A stretch of DNA of 64,000 bases from Patescibacteria group bacterium. GTDB taxonomy: Bacteria > Patescibacteriota > Patescibacteriia > UBA9934. The position numbers were made by a program, and so were the translations under genes. The stretch's first letter is position 1, and each line of letters opens with the position of its first letter. Under the pieces are notes generated by a model. It did not search any database. It was not told the origin of the DNA and saw only the letters and a program-made list of their open reading frames with translations. The stretch spans positions 7,776 to 71,775 of the forward strand of contig JBBTSM010000006.1 in the NCBI GenBank assembly GCA_038064675.1, read 5' to 3'. This document shows positions 10,024 to 20,412 of the stretch, one piece after another.

Positions 10024-10766
10024 ACTGTTTTTGCTTCAGACTTTTGGAAAATTCTTTCTCCCATGTGTAAGGCGAGTTCGCTCGGCAACCGATGTTCAAT
10101 TACATGTATTTCTCCTTTTTTCGTCTGACGAAGAAGAATATCCAAAACCGGAGATTCGATACCAAATATTAATCCTCCCGGCCTCGTGGCTCGATATACC
10201 TCCTTCGCGAGTGCCTCGTGATATTTCTCGTTTTTTACCATCATGAAATCGATACCATTAATCACAAAGCTTGCAGAATCATCCTTCATCCGAGAAAGAA
10301 CATCGAGCATGTCCGCACAAACGCTCACACGGACAATGCTTCGTGCATCATCTCCAATGCGCTGAATCGAAAACGGCACCATCGGATTCGGCCCGCTCTC
10401 TTCGCTCTGAAAACGCCATCGATCAATATTTACGTACATCGATGATCCGGAAGCGACCGCAAAACTAAACATTCTTCCAAAGCCGCCACCAACATCTACA
10501 AATGGCGCGCCCTCTAAATGTTCTTTAAAATATCCCCGTTCCTTCTCTACAAGCGCCTTTTCTTCTTCGGATCGATCACCAAAAAGGGATAGCGCATGAT
10601 CCCAATTTTCTGAATATGGCGTTTCTAGGCCCGTCACAATACTCGATTGTTTTTCTTGCGTTGCAATCAATTCCTTACACGTCACCGAGGGTTCACGCCC
10701 TGCCTCGATGAGATCTGTAAACGCGGGATCTCTCTTCAAACTAGGCTCCAAAGCTTCAAAACTCAT
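10020..10766 (-). CDS. Hypothetical protein, SAM-methyltransferase-like fold
   Basis: FVDVGGG, YVNID, YRATRPGGLIF. Confidence 0.55.
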   Translation of the reverse strand: MSFEALEPSLKRDPAFTDLIEAGREPSVTCKELIATQEKQSSIVTGLETPYSENWDHALSLFGDRSEEEKALVEKERGYFKEHLEGAPFVDVGGGFGRMFSFAVASGSSMYVNIDRWRFQSEESGPNPMVPFSIQRIGDDARSIVRVSVCADMLDVLSRMKDDSASFVINGIDFMMVKNEKYHEALAKEVYRATRPGGLIFGIESPVLDILLRQTKKGEIHVIEHRLPSELALHMGERIFQKSEAKTV

Positions 10767-10788
10767 ATACACGAATTCTAACACGAGC

Positions 10789-11523
10789 TCAAAACTTCCT
10801 CGCCTTTCCCGTCACCAATCGGAGCGCCTTTGGGATAACGCGGAAAGAGAAATCTTTTCCCTGAAGCTGATCACCGTCCACTGTGGCGGTGATTTGCTTT
10901 TCGCAGGCAATAAACATTTCTTCGAAAGGAATGCAACCAACGTCGGCTTTGCTTTTAAATAATGAGAATTTTGGCAGGCGAATAATCAAAGAAAGCCGAC
11001 CGTCCACCGGACTAATCATGCCGGCATCGTCGGGTGCGGCGAAGTTTCGGACTTCGATCGAGGCTTTGCGGAGCGGCGTGATGACGTATTGCTTGCCGTG
11101 ATGGATTGAGAAGTCAGTCCCCTCGATGTGGACGGACTGCACGAATCGTTTGCCGTTTACTTCGCCAACGTCGAGTTCTTCCACGATTCGAGCGCTCAGC
11201 ACGTCGCACGCCGCAACACCGCTTGGCATACCGAGGAGCTCGGCCATGCCGCCTTGCGGGCCAACAGGAAGCAGCGCGACAACGGTTTTTCGGTCTTGCA
11301 CCGCATCAATCACGCGACGAAGCGTCATGTCGTTCCCCACCGCAACCACCGTCGTTACTCCCCCGCGAATTTCGTCACGAATCAAATCAATCGGTTCGCG
11401 AAACAAGGCCAAGCGAGCAATCTTGCCGGCAATGCCCAAGTCCGTTAAGCGCGTTTCAATCTGAGCGAGCTCTCGCTCAAACTTTCGGTCTTGCAGCGCC
11501 TCGTCGTACACGTAGCAATACAC
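10789..11523 (-). CDS. Diacylglycerol kinase family protein
   Basis: VVAVGNDMT, LDVGEVNGKRF, VDGD. Confidence 0.75.
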   Translation of the reverse strand: MYCYVYDEALQDRKFERELAQIETRLTDLGIAGKIARLALFREPIDLIRDEIRGGVTTVVAVGNDMTLRRVIDAVQDRKTVVALLPVGPQGGMAELLGMPSGVAACDVLSARIVEELDVGEVNGKRFVQSVHIEGTDFSIHHGKQYVITPLRKASIEVRNFAAPDDAGMISPVDGRLSLIIRLPKFSLFKSKADVGCIPFEEMFIACEKQITATVDGDQLQGKDFSFRVIPKALRLVTGKARKF

Positions 11524-11525
11524 AC

Positions 11526-11900
11526 TTAGGATTCATCAACCGTCTCAGCACGCTTCTTTCCCTTTACTACGTCGCCGCCCATGCTGATGTTGCCGTTCAT
11601 TTGTGCGCCAGGACCGATTGCGAGCACTTCCGTAATGACATCGCCGGTCATTTTCGATGATGGAAACAATTCAAACTTTCCATGAACCACAATGTTGCCG
11701 CGAATCTCACCACTCACCACCGCATTTGTTGCCTCGATGTTCGCCTCCACCAACGCCTGATCGCCAATACGCAAATCGCCCTTGGTCTTCACCGTTCCAT
11801 GCACCTCACCTTCGATGACGATATCGCCTTCTGCAACAAGATCACCTTCCAAGCGAACACCATGCGCGATAACTGTTTCTGGACCGGTGCCTTTAGCCAT
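11526..11900 (-). CDS. Bactofilin (polymer-forming cytoskeletal protein)
   Basis: ETVIAHG..LEGDL..IEGEVHG..VSGEIRGNI..GAQMNGNISM. Confidence 0.92.
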   Translation of the reverse strand: MAKGTGPETVIAHGVRLEGDLVAEGDIVIEGEVHGTVKTKGDLRIGDQALVEANIEATNAVVSGEIRGNIVVHGKFELFPSSKMTGDVITEVLAIGPGAQMNGNISMGGDVVKGKKRAETVDES

Positions 11901-11935
11901 AAAGATAGAAATTACTTAGCTCTTCAGTACCACGA

Positions 11936-13642
11936 TTACATCGCCTTCACAACTGAGATGTTCAAAAGTTCCATCGCGTTCGTGAGCGTCGAGCTCACGA
12001 CATCGGCGAGTCCCAAGCGCGCGGCGGTCAACGATGGCTGTTCTTCGTCGATCATATGTACCTCGGCATAGTACCGGGAAAACATCTGTGCAAGCTCGAA
12101 GGCGAACAAACACACCAACGACGGACGCATCTCTGTTCCGGCCTGTGCAACAATATCGGGATACTCCGACACTTTGCGCAACAACTGGACTTCTTGCGGA
12201 TCAATCAACGCCGATGCCAATGGGAACGCTGATACCTTCGTCTTTCCGTGCAGGCTATTGATACGTGCAATTGTGTAGAGAATATACGGCCCAGTAAATC
12301 CATCCGTCGCCATTGCCTCTTCCATGTCGAACACGAGAATCTTTCCAGGATCTTGGCGAAGCATCATGAACTTCATCGCCGCAAGCGCAATCGTAAGCGC
12401 ATTCGCATTCACCACTTTCTCCTTCCATTCTGGATGACGAAGCTTCGTGGAATCGACCAATGCCTGGAACATCGCATCGCGAAGCTCATCGTAGCGAACA
12501 ATATTTCCTTTCCGAGATGACATCGCACCATCAGGAAGTGTGACCATTTCGTACCCAACGTGTACAAGTTCCTTGTGGAAATCAAGGCGCTTCAACGTCG
12601 CGAACAGTTGCTTCATGTAGAGCGATTGACGAACGTCAATCACGAAGATTTGGCGATCCGGAGCGTAATCGTGATCTTTTTGTAACGCGAGCGCGAGATC
12701 CTTCGTTGCGTAGAGCGACGAACCATCCGTCTTAAGCACCAAGAACACACCGAGATTCTCGTCAGCGAGATCCACAATCGTTGCGCCCTCGCTTTTCTTT
12801 GCAATTCCGTCGGTGAGCATCTTTCGTACAAGCTCTTTCCCCGGTTTCTCTACTTCGCTTTCGTAATACCACACGCTCGGCTTTACTCCGAGTTCGGCGA
12901 ATACCTTCCGGAACTCATCAAGGCTCCACTCGCGAGTTTCCTTCCACAATCCAAGCCACGGCTGTTCCTCAGCCTCAAGCTTTCGTTGAATATCAGAAAT
13001 TTCTTCCTTCGCTTCTGGATGCTCGTCCACGAACTGCGTCGCCTTGGTATATGCATCGCCGAGTACTTTCGCGCGATCCTCCTTCGCGATCGTTTCATCA
13101 CCGTAAAATTTCTTAAATCCCCAGATGGCTTTTGCGACGTGTGCACCAATATCGCCGATGTATGCCGCAGCAATCGTGTCGTATCCGTTTGCTGTAACAA
13201 GATTTACGATCGATTGTCCGTAAATCGCGTTGCGCAAATGGCCAACATGGAATTCCTTGTGCGTATTTGGCTGTGCGTATTCCACAAGCACACGCTTCCC
13301 CTTCCCCGTTGTGCCACGTCCATACCGCTTCTTCGCCTTTGCAACATCATCAAGTACGTGTGTACCGAACGCTTCGTCGTCGAACGTGAAGTTGACGTAC
13401 GGCCCAGCCGACGTAATTTTCTTGATCATCTTCGACGGCCCGATCTTCGCCGCAAGTTCGGTTGCGATTTCGGCCGGATTGCGACCCATACCCTTTGCCA
13501 AGGTAAAACACGGGAAACTCAAATCGCCGAATCCCGGCTTTGGCGGCGACACAATCATGTCGGCCGTGAGCGTGAATGTTTTTCCCAACGCTTTTTTCAG
13601 CGCGGTATAGACCTCCTTCTTTGCAGTACTTCGTGCGGTCAT
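11936..13642 (-). CDS. argS: Arginine--tRNA ligase
   Basis: EYAQPNTHKEFHVGHLRN, LYATKDLA, MSSRKG, GPYILY. Confidence 0.96.
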   Translation of the reverse strand: MTARSTAKKEVYTALKKALGKTFTLTADMIVSPPKPGFGDLSFPCFTLAKGMGRNPAEIATELAAKIGPSKMIKKITSAGPYVNFTFDDEAFGTHVLDDVAKAKKRYGRGTTGKGKRVLVEYAQPNTHKEFHVGHLRNAIYGQSIVNLVTANGYDTIAAAYIGDIGAHVAKAIWGFKKFYGDETIAKEDRAKVLGDAYTKATQFVDEHPEAKEEISDIQRKLEAEEQPWLGLWKETREWSLDEFRKVFAELGVKPSVWYYESEVEKPGKELVRKMLTDGIAKKSEGATIVDLADENLGVFLVLKTDGSSLYATKDLALALQKDHDYAPDRQIFVIDVRQSLYMKQLFATLKRLDFHKELVHVGYEMVTLPDGAMSSRKGNIVRYDELRDAMFQALVDSTKLRHPEWKEKVVNANALTIALAAMKFMMLRQDPGKILVFDMEEAMATDGFTGPYILYTIARINSLHGKTKVSAFPLASALIDPQEVQLLRKVSEYPDIVAQAGTEMRPSLVCLFAFELAQMFSRYYAEVHMIDEEQPSLTAARLGLADVVSSTLTNAMELLNISVVKAM

Positions 13643-13643
13643 A

Positions 13644-14855
13644 TTATGGAAGAAGTTTCACAAAGAATCGCTTACCCTTTTGCACAATGACGCTATCAGC
13701 GCGAGGAGACACCTGCAACATCGGATCAGAAACAATCTCGGAGCCGATCTTCACACCACCCTGTTCAATGAGCCGTTTCGCTTCGCCTTTTGACGGCGCG
13801 AATCCAGCCTCCACAAGGATCTCGACGATCGTGAGTGGTCGACCGCCCAGTGAAAGTTCTGGAATAACATCCGGCATTTCCTTGTTGCTGAACACTTGCA
13901 AGAAATGTTTCTTCGCTGCTTTTGCCTTGCTCTTGTTGTAATACATCTCAACGACAGTTTCGGCCAAGTGCATCTTTGCATCGCGTGGATTCATACCACC
14001 AGCAATCGCAGATTCGACAGCAGCAATCTTCTCGTCCTCGAGGTCGGTTGCGAGCTTGAAGTATGGAACGATCATGCTGTCGTCCATCGCCATAATCTTT
14101 CCAAACATATCCTCCGGCGCATCCGTAAGGCCGATAATTCCGCCTTCGCTCTTGCTCATCTTCTTTCCTTCGCTGTTCGTAAGAAGCGATGTCGCAACCA
14201 CAAACTTCTCTTTCTGTTTCATTTCCCGCATCAATGTGCGGCCTGCAAGCATGTTGAAGGTTTGATCGTTTCCCCCAAGCTCAACATCCACGTCCATCGC
14301 CACCGAATCGTAGCCTTGCATGAGCGGGTAAAAAAACTCATGGAGATAGATTGGTTTCTGCTCTGCCTCACGCTTCGCGAACATATCGCGCTCCATCATC
14401 TGCTGAACGGTGAAGTGGCTTGCGAGATTGACGACGTCCGAAAAGTTCATCTTTGCTAACCACTTATCATTAAACATGAGCTTCACCGCGTTGTCGCCAG
14501 AAAACTTGAGAATCTTCGACGCCTGCTTTTTGTACGTTGCGGCGTTATCGAGAACCTCCTGTTTGGTGAGCTGCTTTCGCGTTGCAAGCTTATCGGTTGG
14601 ATCACCAATCATTGCGGTAAACGAACCCAACAACAGAATCACCTCGTGGCCGAGATTCTGAAACTCGCGAAGTTTCCGAAACTGCACCGCGTGGCCAATA
14701 TGCAAGAACGGCGCCGTTGGATCAACGCCATGATAAATGCGCAATCGTCGCCCACTCATGAGCTGCTCACGCAACTTTTCAGCGGTTGGATACACGGTCG
14801 CGACACCGCGTGTAAGCAATCGATTAATGTTGTGTTCATCGGTAATAACGTTCAT
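13644..14855 (-). CDS. tyrS: Tyrosine--tRNA ligase
   Basis: GVDPTAPFLHIGH, YPLMQGYD, GGNDQTFN, KMSKS, C-terminal S4 domain; start at MNVITDE. Confidence 0.96.
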   Translation of the reverse strand: MNVITDEHNINRLLTRGVATVYPTAEKLREQLMSGRRLRIYHGVDPTAPFLHIGHAVQFRKLREFQNLGHEVILLLGSFTAMIGDPTDKLATRKQLTKQEVLDNAATYKKQASKILKFSGDNAVKLMFNDKWLAKMNFSDVVNLASHFTVQQMMERDMFAKREAEQKPIYLHEFFYPLMQGYDSVAMDVDVELGGNDQTFNMLAGRTLMREMKQKEKFVVATSLLTNSEGKKMSKSEGGIIGLTDAPEDMFGKIMAMDDSMIVPYFKLATDLEDEKIAAVESAIAGGMNPRDAKMHLAETVVEMYYNKSKAKAAKKHFLQVFSNKEMPDVIPELSLGGRPLTIVEILVEAGFAPSKGEAKRLIEQGGVKIGSEIVSDPMLQVSPRADSVIVQKGKRFFVKLLP

Positions 14856-14865
14856 ATGCAAGGCA

Positions 14866-17520
14866 TTATGACACAAGCGCCGCATGCTCTTTTTGGAGCG
14901 CGGCAAGTTTTTCCTGAAGATCCGCAAGCTTTTGTCGCTCCCCCGCGATCACCTTCTCCGGTGCACGAGCAACAAAATCCGCATTCGCGAGCTTCGATTC
15001 TTGGGCGGCGATGAACTTTGTTGCTTCGGCGATTCCCGATTCGATACGCGCCTTTTCCGATGCCGCATCAACAGCCGGCAATTGCACAAAGATTTGCGCA
15101 GATCCAACCACAATCGGCGTAATCGATTCCGGACGCTCTTCGCCCGAACGAATCGCTTTCACTTTCGTTAAACCGCCGATGATCGATTCCATTCCCGACA
15201 AAACTCCTGCATTTACCATTACAATCGACTCCACATCCTTCGGCAATGTTTTGTGTTCCGAGAGATAATTGCGAATCGCAATCACCGCCGAACACACCTG
15301 ATCAAACGCCGATCGATCCTCCGACGACAATTCGTATTCAACCGTTGGCCACTTTGCGACGATGATCATTCCGGAGTTGAAATTCTTGTAGATTTCCTCA
15401 GTCACGAATGGAGCGAACGGGTGCCAAAGGATGAGCAGGCGTTCGAGAATGTAGAGAAGAACATCGCCCTTCTCGCCCTCGATCTTGGCGATCTCCAGGT
15501 ACCAGTCCGCGAAGTCGTTCCAGGTAAAATCACGCAACATTTCGATGGCGAGCGAGAAGTCGTAACGATCGATGAGTGAACTTACCTTCTTCGCCGTCTC
15601 GCTAAAACGCGCAAGAATCCATCGATCTGCGAGCGTCAGTGACGTCTCTCCCCCATTTATGGGGGAGTTGGAGGGGACGTCTACGTGTCGTGCTCCTCCC
15701 ACATTTCCGATAATAAATCGCGAAATGTTCCACAGCTTGTTCACAAGGTTGCGCGCAGCTTCCACCTTCTCTGTGTAATACCGCGAATCGTTTCCTGGCG
15801 TGTTACCAGAAAGGACGGAGATCCGAAGCGCATCGCAGCCGTATTCGTTGATCACTTCGATTGGATCGATGTTGTTTCCCGATGATTTTGAAAACTTGTT
15901 CCCGTCCTTATCACGCAACAAACCGTGCATGTACGCATTGTTGAACGGAACTTGATTCAACGCATACGAACTCATCAAAATCATGCGCATCAACCAGAGG
16001 TACAAAATCTCATACCCCATCTGGATCCAATTCGTTGGATGGAAGTTCTTGAGATCAGATGTCTTCTCAGGCCAGCCGAGCGTAGAAAACGTCCACGAAC
16101 CGCTTGAGAACCAGGTGTCGAGCGTGTCTTCGTCCTGAACCCAACCATCGCCTTCTGGCCTTGCACCAACAGCAATCTCTTCACCGCGATACCACGCCGG
16201 GATTCTATGACCCCACCAAATTTGGCGCGACAAACACCAATCGCGCAGATTGTTTACGCGATCAAGGTAGAGTTTTGTAAATCGCTCTGGCGTGATCGAT
16301 ACTTTTTGTGATGCATCGCCATTCAATCCTGTCGTCACCGCATCACGCATCAAATCCTTCAACGTCTTTCCACGTCCTGGAATTTCCTTGTTCACGTTCA
16401 GCCACCATTGCGTCATCGGAACCGACTCGATGACGTCGCCATAGCGATCGGACGTTCCAACGTTCTGAATGATGTCCTTTGAGTCTTCGAGAAGCCCTTG
16501 CCCCGAAAGCCATGCAACAACAGTTGCTCGAGCCTTTTCGACGGTTTGTCCAGCAACCAACTGCCCCGCTTCGACAGTCATCTTCCCATCAAGTCCGATC
16601 ACTTGGATAATCTCGATCGGATCCTGCTTCGCCTTCTGCACTTCGTACATTCCAAAGTCGATCGGGCTGTGCGCAGGCGTCACGCCCAGAGCGCCAGTAC
16701 CGAACGATGGATCAACCTCCTCGCTCGCGATAACTTTGATCGTCAATTTCGACCCCGCGAAATCAACATTGAATGTTTTTCCGATGAATGCCGTGTAACG
16801 ATCGTCAGCCGGGTGCACCGCAACAGCCGTATCGCCCACCTTCGTTTCTGGGCGTGTCGTCGAAATCGCAATTGGAAAATCTTTGCTGTATTTGAACGTG
16901 TAGAGAACGGAAGCTCGCTCGATCGTCTCGATTTCGTCATCGGATGACGTCGATTGTCCCTTCACCGACCAATTCACCACCCGGAATCCGCGATAGATAA
17001 GACCATCGTTGTACATTCGCGTAAAAAGCTCATTCACCGCAACGTTTCGCTTCTCGTCGAACGTGTATGCCAAACGGCTCCAGTCGGCGCTGGTTCCCAT
17101 CTTTTTCACCTGGCTCAAAATCGTCGATTTCGATTGCTCGGCAAACTCACGAATCTTTTCAACGAGCTTTTCTCGTCCAAGCTCTTGGCGAGGATTCTTG
17201 ATCCCGTCGGCCATCAACAGTTTTTCCACCTTTGCCTGCGTTGGCAACGCGGCATGGTCGGTTCCCGGAATAAGAAGTGCTTTCTTCCCTAAAAGACGCT
17301 GATAGCGAACCATCGCGTCCATGAGGGAATTTTCCAGCGCATGGCCAAGGTGCAACACGCCGGTAACGTTTGGCGGCGGCATCACGACAGTGAACGCCTC
17401 AGTGGAATCCGTAACATTCGGCAAATTCTCTGGCGTAAAAAAGCCTGAGCTTAGCCAAGATTCGTAAATTCCATCTTCCACCAACTTCGCCTCGTACGCT
17501 TTTGCCATTTCGTTCGCCAT
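14866..17520 (-). CDS. valS: Valine--tRNA ligase
   Basis: PPPNVTGVLHLGHA, DWCLSRQIWWGHRIP, DTWFSS, KFSKS, C-terminal coiled coil. Confidence 0.97.
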   Translation of the reverse strand: MANEMAKAYEAKLVEDGIYESWLSSGFFTPENLPNVTDSTEAFTVVMPPPNVTGVLHLGHALENSLMDAMVRYQRLLGKKALLIPGTDHAALPTQAKVEKLLMADGIKNPRQELGREKLVEKIREFAEQSKSTILSQVKKMGTSADWSRLAYTFDEKRNVAVNELFTRMYNDGLIYRGFRVVNWSVKGQSTSSDDEIETIERASVLYTFKYSKDFPIAISTTRPETKVGDTAVAVHPADDRYTAFIGKTFNVDFAGSKLTIKVIASEEVDPSFGTGALGVTPAHSPIDFGMYEVQKAKQDPIEIIQVIGLDGKMTVEAGQLVAGQTVEKARATVVAWLSGQGLLEDSKDIIQNVGTSDRYGDVIESVPMTQWWLNVNKEIPGRGKTLKDLMRDAVTTGLNGDASQKVSITPERFTKLYLDRVNNLRDWCLSRQIWWGHRIPAWYRGEEIAVGARPEGDGWVQDEDTLDTWFSSGSWTFSTLGWPEKTSDLKNFHPTNWIQMGYEILYLWLMRMILMSSYALNQVPFNNAYMHGLLRDKDGNKFSKSSGNNIDPIEVINEYGCDALRISVLSGNTPGNDSRYYTEKVEAARNLVNKLWNISRFIIGNVGGARHVDVPSNSPINGGETSLTLADRWILARFSETAKKVSSLIDRYDFSLAIEMLRDFTWNDFADWYLEIAKIEGEKGDVLLYILERLLILWHPFAPFVTEEIYKNFNSGMIIVAKWPTVEYELSSEDRSAFDQVCSAVIAIRNYLSEHKTLPKDVESIVMVNAGVLSGMESIIGGLTKVKAIRSGEERPESITPIVVGSAQIFVQLPAVDAASEKARIESGIAEATKFIAAQESKLANADFVARAPEKVIAGERQKLADLQEKLAALQKEHAALVS
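15646..15676 (-). repeat. Palindromic element family A, copy 2 (in-frame inside valS)
   Basis: Minus strand CCCCTCCAACTCCCCCATAAATGGGGGAGAG; encodes PSNSPINGGE just before LTLADRWIL. Confidence 0.85.
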
Positions 17521-17634
17521 AGATAGCACGCAGTGTAGACGAAAAGGCGATTTTGGGGTAGGATTCTCTGTCCGTGGGGGCAATCCCTAGGGCACCGCAG
17601 ACGGCCGGACCGCCGTCGTTCACATAGGTTTTTC

Positions 17635-18141
17635 GTGTCTGACTCCAATTCCGCTCCGTTCATCGCCCCCATCGTCGTCAATGTGTGGGGAATCCCGAGC
17701 TGCCTGATCGACAGAGCCAATCCCTCCACTCCGACTGAAGTGCTGTCGGTAGAAGAACGGTCCCGTCACAACGATCGACTCCGCGACTTCGAGCGCCTCA
17801 TCGTCAACACTTTCAGTGAGTCATACAAGTTGAAGCAAGATGCGAACGTTCGGTTCATCGTGAACTTCCCATCGGATCGGAGGCCCTACCGCAACGTCGC
17901 CGAGATCTACATCGAGATCAAGATCTTCAAACTTCCGTTCAACCTACGCGAAGATCAGCTCCAGGTCTCACGCCTACGAGACGCGTCGAAGGACCTCGCA
18001 CGAGAACTCCCGAAGAACGCCGCCGATTTCCTCGTGAAGTTCGACGCCTTCAAGCGAGATCTCGCTTTCGTAACACTGGAGCTCACCGAACACTTCAGTG
18101 AAGGAAAATCAACGATCAGCTGGGGTCAGTGGTCGAAATAG
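17635..18141 (+). CDS. Hypothetical orphan protein
   Basis: 168 aa ORF with GC3-rich codons, followed by a hairpin; start uncertain. Confidence 0.5.
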   Translation: MSDSNSAPFIAPIVVNVWGIPSCLIDRANPSTPTEVLSVEERSRHNDRLRDFERLIVNTFSESYKLKQDANVRFIVNFPSDRRPYRNVAEIYIEIKIFKLPFNLREDQLQVSRLRDASKDLARELPKNAADFLVKFDAFKRDLAFVTLELTEHFSEGKSTISWGQWSK

Positions 18142-18258
18142 AAAGCGTGAGGGGGGACAGCAACTACACAGCTCGCGGCTCGGCTCCTTCGGGGGGGTCG
18201 AGTCGTTTCGTTTTAAAACAGAAACGAGCGACCCGTGGGCCGCCCGTCGTGTCGTCAT

Positions 18259-19020
18259 TCAGATACTGAACACCCCCGGCGGGATACAGAGCGCCCGCAT
18301 CGTCTCTTCCTTGAGTCGCGAGTTCGCTGCGTGGTAGAGGAGTCCCCGACGAACCTTCGTCTCCTGCATCTCGTCCGTCACGCTGGCCAGGTAGAGCGAG
18401 AGCTCCCCCATCGTCATGGTCGGGATGAGATTCGCCGACGGTAGTTCATGCGGGAGCACGTCGGCAACGGTGAGCGCCATGAATGCGGCGACCTCCTCCG
18501 CCACGGTGAGCTCCTTCGGCTCGATCGGCGTCGCGAGCGACGGATCGTAGACGAACAGTTGCTCGAGCGGCATTCCGGGACGAAGTCCGTGCTCGGCGAG
18601 TGCAGCGATGATCGCGGGCTCCTTCGCCCAGTCGCCGGTGCCGGCGAGCGCGATGAGTACTTCGAAGGGGGTCAACCACTTCAGATCCGGCGTTTTGCAC
18701 GCCTGGACGACGACAGCCTCGATGATCTCGCGAAGCTGCGGGAACATGTCGAGGCGACACCCGGCCGGCTTGAGAGCCGCTTCGGCGAAGTTCACGGTGC
18801 CGTTCATGCAGTTCTTGAGCCGACAGAGCTGCACCCGAGGAAGGGTTGCAAGCATCCACACCTGCTCGATGCCCGCGCGCTGACAGACATTCGCGAGCCG
18901 GGTAACGATACTGGACGAGCGCGGAGCTGCCGTCGGAACACGCTCGAGAAGCGCATCGACCGACATCGCGAGAACGTCGAGCGGAACAGATGACGGAGTA
19001 GGAAGAACGAGACGGGTCAT
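18259..19020 (-). CDS. Orphan protein with RNA polymerase alpha-CTD-like (HhH) domain
   Basis: TRLANVCQRAGIEQVWMLATLPRVQLCRLKNCMNGTVNFAEAALKPAGCRLDM resembles alpha-CTD; SD AAGGAG upstream. Confidence 0.6.
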   Translation of the reverse strand: MTRLVLPTPSSVPLDVLAMSVDALLERVPTAAPRSSSIVTRLANVCQRAGIEQVWMLATLPRVQLCRLKNCMNGTVNFAEAALKPAGCRLDMFPQLREIIEAVVVQACKTPDLKWLTPFEVLIALAGTGDWAKEPAIIAALAEHGLRPGMPLEQLFVYDPSLATPIEPKELTVAEEVAAFMALTVADVLPHELPSANLIPTMTMGELSLYLASVTDEMQETKVRRGLLYHAANSRLKEETMRALCIPPGVFSI

Positions 19021-19164
19021 GAGGACTCCTTGCCGCCGCTGGATGCGGACGGACGGTAAATCCTAGCCAACCTTGGCGGAAATGTCCACAGAAGAAAGAA
19101 AAACTTCTTGACCATAACCCTCGCAGCCGATAGGCTAGTTCCTCACACTTCCTTCATCTCTTGC

Positions 19165-20298
19165 ATGTCGTTGGCGCTATTTCAACAATTTCATGAGGCA
19201 CTCAAACGGGCAAAACGCCCTGTGGTCGTTCTTCAGGCTTCCCCAACAGTGGACGATTTTACTTCTGCATTCAGCATCGTCGCGCTGTGTAAGACCCTTG
19301 GCGTTCCCTGCTCGATCGTTACGAGCGGCGGACGAGCACCAGATGCATTGAAGTTTCTTTCCGTGTTTCAAGACGTTGCCGGCGACCTTGGGAATATCAA
19401 CGCACTCACCCTTCGTGTCGATCTCAATCGCGCAAAAGTTGATGGGCTCACGTACGCCGTGGATGGCAACGATCTCGTCGTCACCATTACGCCAAAAACT
19501 GGCGCATGGCAGCCGAGCGATGTTCGTATTGAAAGTAACGATTACCGTTTCGATCTCATTATCGCGCTCGGTGCCCCAGATCGTTCCAGCCTTGGCGTAC
19601 TCTTTTCAACCTACGCGGATTTCTTTTTGAAAACCCCCACCGTCGTTATCGACCACGGCCCAGAGAACGAACACTTCGGCACCATCAACATCGTGGACCT
19701 TACGGCGACGAGCGTGTCTGAAGTGTGTTTCAACCTCTTCATGCATATTGATGCGTCGATCGTAAACTCCGATATCGCCACCGCACTTCTCACGGGCATG
19801 ATGAGCAAGACGAAGAGCTTCCGCGCGCCAAACGTTTCGCCAAAAACTCTCGAGATTGCACAAAAACTCATGGAGAAGAAAGCGGATCGCGAGAAGATTG
19901 TGGAGCATCTCTATCGAACACGATCAGTAGAAACACTCCGATTGTGGGGCCGTGCGCTTGCTCGACTCAAGGCTGATGAATCAATCGGCCTCGTGTGGAC
20001 GCTCATCACCAAACAGGATTTCGTTACTGCCGGCGCCAATGCCGAAGCCCTTCGCGACATTGCTGACGAGCTCCTCATGACATCTCCTTCCGCCAAAGTC
20101 GCCCTCATCCTTTTTGAAGCGTATAACGGCGCCATCGCTGGCCAGCTTTTCGCGCAACGGCCATTCGACGCCCTCGTTCTCGGTGCTCCGTTCCGTGCCA
20201 CCGGCACCCGCGAAGCCGTACATCTTTCCTTAACCCAAGCCGACATCGTTTCCGCAGAACGTGCTGTTATTTCACATCTCAAAACAAGTTTGAAATAA
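19165..20298 (+). CDS. DHH/NrnA-family phosphoesterase-like protein (degenerate motifs)
   Basis: VIDHGPENEHFGTINIVD, ATALLTGM..T.SF, LRLWGRALARL. Confidence 0.75.
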   Translation: MSLALFQQFHEALKRAKRPVVVLQASPTVDDFTSAFSIVALCKTLGVPCSIVTSGGRAPDALKFLSVFQDVAGDLGNINALTLRVDLNRAKVDGLTYAVDGNDLVVTITPKTGAWQPSDVRIESNDYRFDLIIALGAPDRSSLGVLFSTYADFFLKTPTVVIDHGPENEHFGTINIVDLTATSVSEVCFNLFMHIDASIVNSDIATALLTGMMSKTKSFRAPNVSPKTLEIAQKLMEKKADREKIVEHLYRTRSVETLRLWGRALARLKADESIGLVWTLITKQDFVTAGANAEALRDIADELLMTSPSAKVALILFEAYNGAIAGQLFAQRPFDALVLGAPFRATGTREAVHLSLTQADIVSAERAVISHLKTSLK

Positions 20299-20340
20299 GT
20301 GTTTTTACTTTTTTCCCTACAGGATTTTTCGCGAATATTA

Positions 20341-20369
20341 TTGACGATCCACAAAGATTGCACTATGTT
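20341..20369 (+). promoter_or_regulatory. sigma70-like promoter
   Basis: TTGACG-17 nt-TATGTT upstream of the ORF at 20413. Confidence 0.5.
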
Positions 20370-20412
20370 TTCCGTGCAATATTGCAGTTCGCAAAACGAA
20401 CGGGAGCGACAA

